Part shown: positions 1-11,094 of the stretch, piece by piece
Layout: every line of letters starts with the position of its first letter
Numbering within the stretch: position 1 is the stretch's first letter
Assembly: GCA_010015585.1 (NCBI GenBank)
Contig: ML975175.1
From: Eremomyces bilateralis CBS 781.70
Lineage: Eukaryota
Strand: one strand, 5' to 3'
DNA length: 20,000 bases
Notes under the pieces: model-generated
Told to the model about the DNA's origin: nothing
The model's input: the letters and a program-made list of their open reading frames with translations, nothing else
Databases searched by the model: none
Position numbers and translations under genes: made by a program

Positions 1-479
1 CTCGTGAATACCCGCCTCCTCGAGATGGGTTGGTTCTCCGAGTTCTGTGCTGAGACTATTTAGCTTTTCCCTCGCCCCGCGAATGAATCATGCGAATACT
101 ACGCACCGCGCCTTCAGTCGTACTGTGACGACAATGACATGTACTGCGCAAGCGGCGATAGCGAGGAGGTTCATATATCGTATGCCGATAGGTATAACAC
201 GAAATCGCTGGAATTTTGTGAACTCGAAATTGCAGAGGGTAAGGTTGATCGATGAGAATCCGCCGGGACAGGGCTGATGATTTTCCAGGCAAATGGAACC
301 GTCAGCTCTACTCTAAATTCAGGAGGAGTGCCACCGGCGGCTAGTAAGACCGCTCCTACGTCTACGGGCGCGGCGGTGGCGAACGTGGTTCCGCAGTCGG
401 CTGTGGTGGTCGGAACCGTGATGGGTCTCTTCTGTTTGCTCTTTTAGCTTTGAGTCCCATGGGGTTTCGCGAATCTGAT

Positions 480-2476
480 TCAACTGTCGAGGCGGTGGAA
501 TCGTAGATGAGCAGCCATTGCAAACGCGGGAAGTTTGGCCTCGCATAATGTACAGTCGACGTCGTCGAGAGTGTCGACTTCGTCTTCGTCTTGCCAAAGC
601 GATTCTACTTCTTTTGTGCTGGATTGGGAGAGTCGCATGTCCTCTTCAGAGCCATATAATTCCATAGTATCGGACCGTTCCATGCTCTTTCCATTTATCG
701 AGGTTTTCTCCATGGCCTGTGGTATCTCAGTATCGATCCTCCAGCCGCTTAATCGGTCATTTTGGGTCTTGAACATTGTCGAAATGTCTCGACCGCGTCT
801 TATATCAATCTCATTGTCCATGTCAGTGACGCCAACATTGATTAGACTCAAACAGAATCTGTCCGGGTGCAGCTTTCGAAAGAGGTTCTCAAGTGTCCCT
901 GTAACAAATTGTTCAGCGATTGATGGAACGCTTTGGCCAAGGTCGAAGATAAAAGATGGAAGTGGACAGGACCGAGAGGTTCGAGCCCAGGAACGTTCCC
1001 CCTCTGTATTGGTTGCGGATGAGAATCTGTCTCTGGTAGACAGTCGAACGGTCTTTGGGCGTGCTAACCAGCGTCTTTGCTGAGGCTCGTTTTTCTGATG
1101 AGATACCCTATCGAGTATGCGCGGCTCGATATCTGTTACCAGATCCACGCGCATCCGTTTGACCAAGCTGCATGTCAACCTAAGCAGTTCATCATGTACG
1201 TCTTCTAATTTTTCGAGCTTCTGGTAGCTGTCCTCAATGCTGATACCGCGTGGTACATCTCTTGCTTGCGATACATCCGAGTCATCACATCCGTTTAGTA
1301 GTTGCCACACCCGCGTTCCAATTCCTCGTTGGGCGCCATGCCCGGAGAGAAGCCGCTCGAACGCAATGGGATTCGCATCAGGATGCTTAAGGATCTCCGA
1401 AACAGTGACGGATTCCGAGGGCTTATGATAATTCAATTCCACTGACTGGGCAGCCTCTCGTCCGAGCGTGAACGACCGGAGGGCATGTGCCATTTTATGA
1501 CCAATCCCAGGAATTAGGCCGACCTCATAATTACTTAGGAAAAGGCGGACATTGCTCTTTTCGCGTTCTATTCCCGCGTCATCTTGCAAGTCATCGGCAT
1601 AGGGCGGCATAAGTGTCGTTCCAGCGCTTGGTTTATGGACGTTTCCGGCGAGTTTTGACAAGAGCTTCGAAGTCGAAACGCCCACAGTCGAGGTATACCC
1701 CTTCTCCTTCTCAACAAGCAGACGAAGATGCTGAGCAAGGTGAGAAGCGAGATGCAAACGTAGCCTCAGCTGAATGAATACTGGATCAGACCAGTGCTGC
1801 TCCTCATCTTCTGCTAGCGGCAGCACCTGCTCTGGAAACGTATGCCCTGCTGGAACAGACGCGTCAAATGAGAATCCAACAGTGGGATCACTACGCGACA
1901 TATTGAAAAAGGCGGTCCGGAGGTCGTTATAGTTCAGAAGGCCCATATTGTATGCTATTATATCAGAGACATCCATGAACACCTAGCACTGTTAGAGGGT
2001 ATAGCTCAACCCAATATTAGGCATACCTCGTCAAGTCCAAGTCGCTCAACCCTTTCATTCCAAGAAAAGGAACGAAGATACTGAAATAGCTCTTTGGACG
2101 CATCGCGGAACTTCGTCAAGTCTTCCCCGAGCACGGTGACAACCTCAGGACATGTCTTCTTCGCCTCTGTTACCAACTGCAATTTCTGTAACCCCTGATT
2201 GTAGGATCAGCTTTGCGGGCACCACTGAGAAAAAATGAAGCACACACCCTTCTTCGAGCCTCATAGTTACATGTCGCCACGATCTGCTTCTGCTGGACTG
2301 CTAATGGGACCCCTTTTAAAGACGGGTTCTCCACCTCGAATACAGAGGCGTAGAAGCAATCATAGTCCTAACGCAATCAGCACCTCTTCAATAATCAAAG
2401 ATATTATAAAAGGCTCAAATATCATATTAATACTTACAAAATGTAGTATGATTCGGTCATCTCTCCTCGGAGGCAT
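480..2476 (-). CDS. Y-family translesion DNA polymerase, iota-like (~609 aa); exons 2476-2438, 2367-2248, 2194-2027, 1982-480
   Basis: Manual splicing at GT..AG introns (2437-2368, 2247-2195, 2026-1983, all phase 0) gives MPPRRDDRIILHF-DYDCFYASV...QKQIVATCNYEARRR-G...ERLGLDE-VFMDV. This contains the Y-family motifs DxDCFYA, TCNYEAR and LDE, plus STVGVSTSKLLSKLA, the HhH IPGIG and a C-terminal UBZ-like CTLC...HLRFH. Confidence 0.9.
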
Positions 2477-2837
2477 GCGATGCGGTCGGGTCGGCTTCAT
2501 CGTGACGCGACATATTGCGGGCCTTTGAGAAACCTGTCAATGTTTGAATTACTATCATCAAAACGGGACCCTCGCACCCGTTGCTTAATGGCGTCGATTC
2601 CCCTATCCAAGGAAATGGTACTGATTAGCAGAAGTCTACTCTGAACGTGTTCTATTCCCCTCAAGTTTGCCCTTAGTTCTCCATTCCTGGCATTGGGACA
2701 TTAGATTGTGGCGGAAGACCCATCCGAAAGGGCAGTGGGCGAGCCAAAGCTGCGCCACCAGTCCAGGGACTAATATCCACCGGGGTGTGAAAATTGACGG
2801 AACAGGGGTCTTGGCATTTCAGATTGCTGGATTTCTA

Positions 2838-3184
2838 CGGAGCTGCGTCAATAAAGTTTTGGCACACCAAGTACGGAAGTCCATTCAAAAGTTCTTGCTC
2901 GCCAAGAAAGTGGCTTGATTATATAAGCCCTTGGAAAGCCGATATCATGGGCGGTAGGGTGCCTAGCCAACGGGCGGGTACTAGACGCGGTAAATCGAAT
3001 GTCCGGCGCCCTTGGTTCGAATTAGGCTCTGTGAAACCTAGATTAAGTGCCTAGTTGATAGGCAGTCTAGTGCCTGTGGTATAGGCCTATAGGGCTCTCG
3101 AAACCGCTTATATAATCAAGCCACTATCTTGGCGATCAAGAACTTTGAAATGGAGCGTGCCAAAACTTTATTGACGCATCTCCG
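2838..3184. mobile_element. Non-autonomous Tc1/mariner-type MITE (347 bp)
   Basis: TA on both sides (2836-2837, 3185-3186). Terminal IR CGGAG(C/A)TGCGTCAATAAAGTTTTGGCAC, then after a 12-bp indel a second IR block (TCCATT..AAAGTTCTTG.TCGCCAAGA.AGTGGCTTGATTATATAAGC, 2880-2928 vs 3106-3154). No coding capacity. Confidence 0.88.
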
Positions 3185-3205
3185 TACGCCTCTATCTTTT
3201 GATTA

Positions 3206-4434
3206 CTACCCCCACGAGCTGCGAATACGGTTTCCCTCTAGCCGGACGACCTCCTCACACCGCCAGCGCATCTCAGATATCCTTGAGCGAATTTGCTGCT
3301 GCGTAATACGCCTCCACTCGCGTCGAATCGCCTCTTTGAACTCCTCTACTGTTTGCCAGTTCCCACCTCGTAGGCGTTCCTTTATAATCTGCCAAATTGC
3401 CTCAATAGGGTTGAGATCTGGTGACTGCGCAGGATGGGGTGGGATTGAGATACCTACCGCGCGTTTTGCATGCGCTGCTAGATTATTCCAGCTCCGCGTC
3501 CCATGGGACGGATCACCGTCTTCTTGTAGGTAAAAGACATGCTTATATTGCGCCTCGAGCGCCTTGATATGATCAATATGCTTTGGGAGGAAGTTTTGGG
3601 TATAATACTTTAGCGTCATCGAGTTTCCTTTGATCTTGATATCGGCCTCAAGACTGCCCTTTTCAGCGGCTTCCCATGCGTCTTGTACGGCAGCGAATTG
3701 TTCCGGGGTCTCGACACTTGATTTCCGAGGTCTCCGAGGTTTATACGCTCTTTTGGCAGCTGGTTTGACTGGGTCGGAGTAGAAATGGAAGGGCCCTTTT
3801 CGATCGTAGGAGATTCCGGCTGCAACGTGAACCGTCACGTCAAGGGGGCTACCCCGAGTCTCCTGTATTGATTCAAGGCGTCGAGATTCGCCCGGGACCG
3901 TAACTCATATTCCTGTTTATCGGCGAGCTCTCTCGAGTTGAAATGGACTTCGTCTGTAAAGTAGACCCTTTTCCACCACTGAGTAAGTGTCTTGCCCCGG
4001 TGCTCCTCGCCGTAGCCCTTTCGGATCCCCTTATTTATATCACGTATAGCCGTAGTGCTTGGATTTTTATAGTGCCTAGCGTTAAGCCGTTTTGAGAGGT
4101 TCTGATGGAGTGTTGATACCCCAACGCCTAGTTCTTTCGCTTGGTAGTCGATGTCCTTATCGTAGAGAGGTTCCTGTGGATCGAGGAGGCGCTGTAGAGT
4201 CCGGTTATCGAGTTTACGAGGTCGCCCTCGACGTTTACTTAACCCCCGTGTACGTTGTACAGCCTCTGGCCCGAGTTCTTTGCGATTCTCAAGCCATCGG
4301 ATACCTGTAGATGGTAGGATCTCAATACCCTTTTGGCGGCAGATTGAACGAAAAGAACGACGATTTTTAGACTGGTCGTATAGCCTAAAAAAGACTACTC
4401 GACGAGGAGAATCGTATTCTTGTCTTTTTTGCAT
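3206..4434 (-). pseudogene. Tc1-like DDE transposase, frameshifted near 3896-3899
   Basis: ATG at 4434, HTH-type N-terminus with GRPRKL, then VYFTDE, LQEDGDPSH and PAQSPDLNPIEAIW. ORFs 3835-4590 and 3206-3838 join if one base is restored after ...EYELR. Confidence 0.88.
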
Positions 4435-5286
4435 GATCCGATAAGCATTGCTGAAGATATTGATGCAAAAGGATTGAGGAAGCAGATATATCTCAGCTGC
4501 CAAGACCACTGTTCCGTCAATTTTCACAGTCACAAGCATGTGGTGGTGGTTTGCGTGGAATGTTTGCATTTTAATGATTTTACCCACCACGGATATCTCG
4601 CTCTCATTCCTCCCCCCTTTCCCTCTCTCCTTTCCTTCTTCTTTAGAGCTTATTTCTAGCGAATCAACCTGTTCAAACGGCTCCCTGAGTGATCCAAGGG
4701 TTCATCGATACGGATACTGGCTACTTGGTTGGTGGCTGAACTTGGAGCGCCGTTCCGGAACCTCCGGTTGGTGCCTGAGTTCACGGACGGAGGGACCTTG
4801 AGCACGGAGCAGTCATCAAGCACTCCCCCAACAAAACGGCTTTTCCGGTGTACAACTTTGGAAGCTGGAGAGTCTGTTTAGATTTACCATTTGGCTCTCT
4901 TCATTAGAGAGACGTCTCCAGAGCAAACCTGAATCTAACTAACATCAAGCGAACATGCAAAAGAGTTTCGGTGGTTCTGTACTCTAGTTCAAGCAATTCT
5001 GAGTCTATATACACTGAGCTCGCTCTTCGGAGGGTAGCATACACAGTAAAGGATCTACTCCCATGTTAATACTTATACGGAATACGAGTCGCTTTATTAA
5101 TGCAACTTATCAAGTTAATGATCGCCATTGCGGCTGAATGTTGCTCGAGTATATTAACCAAGCCACTCGATTGATTTTCAGTCATTGGCGCTGAGCCTCT
5201 TCGGAGTTCAAGTTGCGATTCACTTCCTACAAGCTGAAAACTTTCCGTTTATTAACTACGTCGTTCCTTTATCCTGACCCTCAACA

Positions 5287-6091
5287 ATGAGCACCAATAC
5301 TAGTGGTGCTGGCTTCGCAATCCGCCGTAATGGCACCTGTAATGCGTCTCTTGGAGAAGTTTATTGTGGTGAAACCGCAAAACCCTATCACGCATGCTGT
5401 CCTCGGTCCGCGTACTGTCCAGCCGATCCCCCCTACAATGCGTACTGCTGCGATCAGCCTGATTTCAATTGTACTATGGCGATCTTGGATGAAGGTCCAT
5501 TCTGTGCCAATACATCATGGAATATGTACGACAACGGCGGGTATTTTTGTTGCGACGTGGGCATGCCAGGATATCAGAATACTGAGTTGAATTCAAATGG
5601 ATGCGCGAGGCCTGGGTTTCAGCTTGCAAGTTCGGAGACGTATTTAACTCCACTAGGGCAGGAATCGAAACGTTAGTTATGATTCCGTTGTCTTCGAAAT
5701 CCCTAGCTAATTATTACTCCATAAAGCCACCGCCTCGTCTAATACCAGTCCCTCACTGCCTCTTACTACCACTGCCTCTTCCCAATCTCCTGCATCGTCT
5801 TCCTCCCCGACATCAGGTTCCAACTCCCCCAACGTGGGTGCCATTGCTGGTGGCACAGTCGGCGGGCTCGCGGTCCTCGCTCTCATAATAATTATCCTCT
5901 GGTGTGCCTTCCTTCGTCGACGAAACCATCGACAAACCGATCTACACCCAGCAGACTTGCATCTTTTTCAGAGCCCAGAGAAAGTCCAAGGTCGAGGGGT
6001 CGCGGTAGAAATGGAGACAACTATTGTGCCATCGGAACTTCCTGGAGATAGGCCTACAACTATTTCCGGGCTGCCACCTGTGACACAGTAG
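5287..6091 (+). CDS. Cys-rich single-pass membrane protein (~249 aa); exons 5287-5671 and 5727-6091
   Basis: Intron GTTAGT...GCTAAT...AAG (5672-5726) joins the Cys-rich ORF (RRNGTC...CCP...YFCC) in frame to a Ser/Thr-rich stalk, a TM segment GAIAGGTVGGLAVLALIIIILWCAF, a basic RRR stop-transfer and an ELP-type tail. Confidence 0.8.
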
Positions 6092-6570
6092 GGGAAAGAT
6101 GAGGTTCAATTTCCTAAAATCCGGCAAACTAAAGATATAGGAGAAGGAAAAGAAGGAAGGGAAACAAACCGCAACGGAATTATCTTACATGTTCCCCATC
6201 GCTGATCGTACCTTGCTCTTCATTCACCGTGGTGTTTATCTCCAATGGTGAATTGAGATACACTGTTATGGTCCCAGACCTGTGACTGATGTATGTGTGG
6301 CTGAAGCCAGGTGTGGCGAGAGGATTATCAGGATGTAGTCATGTGTTGATGGTCTGATGGATGTGTTAATGAAGTGGAGGAGAGGTCTAATGGTCTATCA
6401 TACACAGGAAATATTAGGTGGAGATCGGAACTTGTTGTGATAGTCCCATGTGTTCAATTCTGGGTGAAGCTCCTTTCACACCCTGCTGTGCTCCATTCAC
6501 ACCTGCACCCTGCTCTATTTTGTTAGACCTGGGCCGGGAGAACATCGGTTATGAGGCAGCACGTTATTAG

Positions 6571-7542
6571 TCATTCTTTGTAGCTATTTAACCTCTCAAT
6601 TGGGAAGTGACCGTGGTGAGTAGTTAATCCGGATCCGAAACTTACCATCAGCCTCTCTGCCGCCGCAACGCCGGTACGCCGCTCTAACCATTCACTCCTC
6701 ACAACGATACATGAAGACTGTACAGGAGACTGGGAACGCTGTTCCTCACCATAATGGGCACCCGGGTCTTGCATGAGCCGCTTCGACGGCCACAGTGGTG
6801 ATGTTGGTTCGGAGTCGTGCTCATCAGATGTACGACGTCGTTTCGCGCTCCCTCTTTGCTCGCTTTCGTTCAATAGAATAGTCACCACCCGACCTATCGA
6901 CAGGTCGATATCCTTGGCGAGCATTTCGCGTGTTTTGTACATGGTATCCTGCAACGATTGAAGGCCCTCGGTGTGCTGGCGCTTAAGTTCGTCCGCAATC
7001 TTGAGAAGGAGAGCGTGGTCGAGAGCATGGAGAGCAGCCTGGGGGGCTGGTGGAGATTGGGCTAGAACTTGTGAAGGGAGCGGGTGGTGCTGGTGCGGTG
7101 CTTGAGAAGCAGCCTGTGGAGGAGATTTGCCATGGACCTGCCGCAGAGACGGCTCGTGGTGCTGCTCCTCCTCACGCTGTTGGGACTGGTACGGCTGTAG
7201 AAGGGAATCGAGTTAGCGGCGAGATCGAAATACGGGCGAAAGGGGGGAGACTTACCAGCCTTTGTGGCTCCGCCACAGGCGAAATCCGATCTAATTGTAT
7301 CTTGTACGGACCGTCCGGTAGCCGGGCGGTATTTCCCTGAAGGTGCAGATGGATCTGCGCCGGGTTCTCACATCGAATCGTCAACTTCACATGGTCGCCA
7401 TCAGGCTAAGTGCTGGCTTGACTGAACTACTGGGTCGGGAAACAGTGACGGAGGCCATCGATGATCTGGCGACCAAAGAAGAGCCACTCACATTGCCAGG
7501 GCAAATGGGTTTCGGCAGGCGTAGTAGATACGGACATGACAT
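6571..7542 (-). CDS. Hypothetical protein, multi-exon (exons about 7542-7492, 7405-7256, and 7197 onward; 3' end uncertain)
   Basis: ATG at 7542; donors GTGAGT and GTAAGT, acceptors TAG and CAG (GCTAAC branch in intron 2) give a continuous frame MSCPYLLRLPKPICPGN-PDGDHVKL...QRL-PYQSQQ...LQDTMYK...KRRR. A third GTAAGT donor lies at about 6645. No domain recognised. Confidence 0.55.
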
Positions 7543-7798
7543 GGCGAAGAGAAGGTAAGCGACGATAGGACGAAGGCCCTGAGGTGGAGTCTCGCGACAC
7601 AGCCATTGCTTCACAATCCTCTAGCTGGAGGAATAGAATGAGATAGAAGTAAAGGGAGGAAAGAGCGGAATAAATCTGAAGAAAGAAGCCGAAGAAACGG
7701 CGTAACCAAAGGATAATACTATGGGTAGAGTCGAGAGAGAGAAGCCAAAGATGTTCACTGCGAGCAATGAGCAGGAGGATAGACTGATTCCGTCCCGT

Positions 7799-7807
7799 CT
7801 TTTATAG
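7799..7807 (-). promoter_or_regulatory. Putative TATA box for the 7542 gene
   Basis: CTATAAAAG on the minus strand about 260 bp upstream of the ATG, followed by a pyrimidine-rich leader. Confidence 0.35.
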
Positions 7808-8811
7808 CCCTCAATTTCCAACATTATTAGCGCTAAGGGATCCCCCTCAAAGAGCTACTAAGCTCGTTGGCCCTGCGCTAACATCCAGCTGCGGCGTGCC
7901 GCATGAGAACCATCCTCTGCTCTCAGCACGTTGTGGATAGCTGATCAAGAACTGAGTGGACGACAAGCCCTGACTTGCAAGTGGGCATTGAGAACCGGCT
8001 TAACCGCCCAACATGACCAGGTCAACTCACAGAGAACTCTCGTATTTGGTTAGGGCGTTTGAAGACTCCGTGGATCCTTCGTGTTCCTTTATGCGAGCTG
8101 GAGTTCCAAGGACTCCTGCCACCTCCGAGTCGGACAGCTTGGCCAACCCGAGAGCGGTGGAAACGCATGAAGCGCCTAAAACCTCAAGGTCGAGATGTCC
8201 ATGCTGCGTTCCATCGCCGTGGAGCAAGTTCATGCATTACGCACGAACACATCCGAGTTCCAGCCATATCCCAGGCTCGAGTCCGCGTGATGGGGTACGT
8301 TGCCAAGGTAGCGAGCGACGATGACGGGGCAGTGCGTGTTCCTAGGACGGCTGGAGCAATTGGCGTTGAATGGTCAATCTCATCTGCTTGAGGAGCACCC
8401 GTTCAACGAGAAGCGGACAAAATCAGTCAGTCTTAACAAGCTGCTGGGCTAGATGGTGCGATTAAGGGGCCCTCTGCTATCAAAATGCGGTGGTTAAGGG
8501 CTATTATCTAATCCTCAAGTCTACTTCGATAATCAAGCAGTTCTGTACTAAATTCGCTGTTAGTAGGGGAAAAGGCGGTCTTGTAGTAGTAGCGGGTTAC
8601 CAAACGGCACAGTAGCAAACATGCAGGCCTCCTCACTCACTTCCGGGAGAGCGCAATCCCAGAATCCCGGGGACAGACCGAGTTGGGTTCCGTACACCAA
8701 GTTAGAACGGAAGGGCTTAGTAAACCCTAATCCGGTCTGGTTTCGAGGAGCAGCTAACATAATCATGCTGCCCTCAGATAAGGATCGATTGTACGGTGGC
8801 ACACAAAGAGC

Positions 8812-11094
8812 CTAGCTCAAGGTCACTTGCTGCATTTCCTTCACAGATGCAGAACCTCTCCGCTTGGTCACACACGCATTGGGGTCTCTCTTCCTCTTTC
8901 GGTTTGCTGAGATAGTGCCCAGTGCGGGGCGTTGCTCGATGAATTGTGCCCGCTCGAAATCAATCAGCATCACTTTGCCGGTCTCCTCATTCCACAACAT
9001 GTTGCGAAGCGCGAGATCATTGTGAACGATCCCGAGGCTAGCGACCGCTTGGATTGAAGAGCGAATCAACCGAAGAATCCGTGGCCGGTTCTCGGTGGTA
9101 AGGTGCGTGGATAGGAGCTCTCCACCAAAGCTCATGAGCATCATGTGATCAAGCTTCGCAATTCCCTCGTAGTAATAGGGAGTGCTCAGGTCGATGTTGC
9201 CCAAATAAACTGGCACAATGCCGCTGCCCTGAATCGGACGGAGGCTGTCGTAGAGGGTAGCCTCGTGTTTCAGGCGGTGAGCAAAGTCGGTGGCTTTGGC
9301 GGCGATGGTATACCCGTGAGATCTGAGTCTGATGCGAAATAGGATGCCGCATGATCCAGGAGGGCCTATGGGCATGCAGTCGGTATCAAGGTCTTCTGAA
9401 AGTTGCCGACGAACGAGACTAACGAAGGTAGATAAACAAATCCGATGATAGCTCTTCCCATGGTCTCGCGCATTGGGACATGACATGTCAAGGAGACCCC
9501 GGTTGACGAGGCCAAGGAGGCACTTTTGAGTACAATGCTGTCCACCACTCGACGTTCCTCCGTGAAGATCCGCACCGGATGATGAGCGGGCGGTGGCCTG
9601 GGTGCGAGCGGAGTGTCGGGGTAAAGGCCGCTCTCGACTCGGAGTATCCGGATCAAGCTCATCATCGCTTGAATTTTCGTGACTCTGCAGTCGCACGCAA
9701 CTAGATGAGCCGGTTGTAACCGGTCGTCGTCGGAGGCGCACAGGAGACATGCGAAGGAAGCCATCGTCACGAGGTGGCCGATACTCTGACGGTGGGGCGT
9801 CCTGCAGGGGGATTGTATCGAGCAGTTCGGCGTACACCACCTCCCAGCTGTTCAGTAGGTTGGCAGCCTGGGATCGCCAGCTCTGGTTTCGAGGCGGCGA
9901 CTTCAATGCTTGGAGCGTAAACGCGAGCATTTGCCCAACCGCGGTCAGATGCAGACGATTTGGGTCGTCCGAATCCGGCACCCATTCCGTGGGTCCCCCA
10001 ACGTCACCCGTCGGGACCGATAGGAAGTAATGGACCGTACCGGGGTCCATCTCCGGCACCCGGAGGAAGATGAACGCTTCGCCGGTGCAAACGCACCCGT
10101 ATTCTACCCCAGCGTTGATCATATATGAAAACGCTTGTGTAATGATTGCGGCAATCAATCGGCGGAAGCGGTTCCGCGGAGCATCGGATTCTTGATACCG
10201 AATCACGTCCTCAAGTTTCATGTCATCCAGGCCTTCGTAAATGTACCCAAGGGGGAGATTATGCGGTGCTTTGTATTCCATGACGAAGGCAGGGATGCGG
10301 TTCTCCTGGTTCCGAATGCTCTTGTTGTAGACGCAGAATTGATCTGCACGAGGACGGGAGGATCGTATGTGAGTTGTCGGTGCCGATTCTGCCGGGTGCA
10401 CCGCCATCGATTCGTTGGCTTTGGCATGTAGGCATGCCGACCGCCGTGGCGGATTTCCGGAGAGGGGAAGTTGGTCGATGCCCTCTGCAAGCTGAGTGTC
10501 AGGGCATAGCGCGTTGGCGTGATTCTCAAAGCTGATCAAGCCCTGCAGACCAAATTCCTGCTGAAGTCTTCGGTCGGTGTTCATTTGTTGGATGATCAAC
10601 GCAACGGGGTCTTCGACAGTGGTGCGCTGGAAATGATGCAGGTCAAGCTCAGAACTCAGCGACCGTTTTCGGACCGTTTCCCCAGACTCTTGCAAAGTAT
10701 GTACCGAGGTGAAGTGCCGCTCCGAGACAAATCCCGACTGCATCAAAGTGTTCCAAATCGCGTCCTGGCGGGCTGGGAAGTCCTCCTACTCGAGCAGCTT
10801 CTCGGCTCGAAGCTTGTTGTTCGCGTTGGCAGGGTCACCCCGTGTCGACCTGGTTGCATCGGTCTGGACGGTGAGGCCGGAATGCAGGTAATTGTGGCAG
10901 GCATCGAGATATTCGGGTAGAGTGCTTTTCCGAGTGCTAAATTCAGCCTGCTCTTGGGCCCGCTCCGCTTCTTCGCGTCGACGTTGTTCCTCCTGCCATC
11001 GACGCTGTTCCTCCTGCCATCGACGCTGTTCCTCCTGTCGTCGGCTCTGCTCCTCGAAATAGAGCGTTTTGTAGTCGGGCGACTCTTCCGCCAT
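8812..11094 (-). pseudogene. Spok-like (spore killer family) nuclease-kinase gene, 760 codons, with an in-frame TAG at codon 103
   Basis: ORFs 10786-11094 and 8812-10746 are in the same frame, separated only by TAG in LLE*EDFPARQ (likely TGG, Trp). Domain order is a coiled coil with EEQRRWQ heptads, PD-(D/E)XK nuclease (RADQFCV...MEYKAPH), Cys cluster (HCTQKC...CPNARDH), kinase (HNDLALRN...IDFERA) and basic NLS RKRKR. This matches the Podospora Spok architecture and size. Confidence 0.82.
10978..11055. repeat. 21-bp tandem repeat (3 copies plus a degenerate one) encoding coiled-coil heptads
   Basis: TCGACGCTGTTCCTCCTGCCA units at 10978, 10999 and 11020. Confidence 0.9.

Larger units (their letters stand above)
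2786..4528 (-). mobile_element. Tc1/mariner-superfamily DNA transposon (defective), containing a nested MITE
   Basis: Inverted repeat TGTGAAAATTGACGGAACAG(G/T)GGTCTTGGCA at 2786-2816 and 4498-4528 (30/31 identical) brackets a transposase. The extreme termini and TA TSDs are not cleanly preserved. Confidence 0.85.

Noticed and set aside
1..470. Short ORFs and a possible minus-strand intron (GTGCGT...GCTAAATAG, about 56-106)
   Set aside because: Could be the 5' end of a neighbouring gene, but no frame or domain can be established within the window.
535..1428. Plus-strand ORFs opposite the polymerase gene (and similar ORFs opposite the Spok-like, NLR and hAT genes)
   Set aside because: Antisense shadows of well-supported coding sequence.
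2562..2582. Hairpin AACGGG/CCCGTT as a Helitron 3' end
   Set aside because: No downstream CTRR terminus and no other Helitron evidence.
2975..3030. tRNA/SINE suggested by GGTTCGAAT
   Set aside because: No cloverleaf or convincing A box can be formed; it lies inside the MITE.
4435..4590. N-terminal extension of ORF 3835-4590
   Set aside because: It runs through and beyond the TIR; the plausible transposase start is the ATG at 4434.
7827..7881. Small palindrome TTAGCGC...GAGCT/AGCTC...GCGCTAA
   Set aside because: Stems are short, there is no TSD or second copy, and it is compatible with chance.
8013..8391. Three overlapping ORFs of 68-110 aa
   Set aside because: No recognisable motif or splice support, so no real frame can be chosen.
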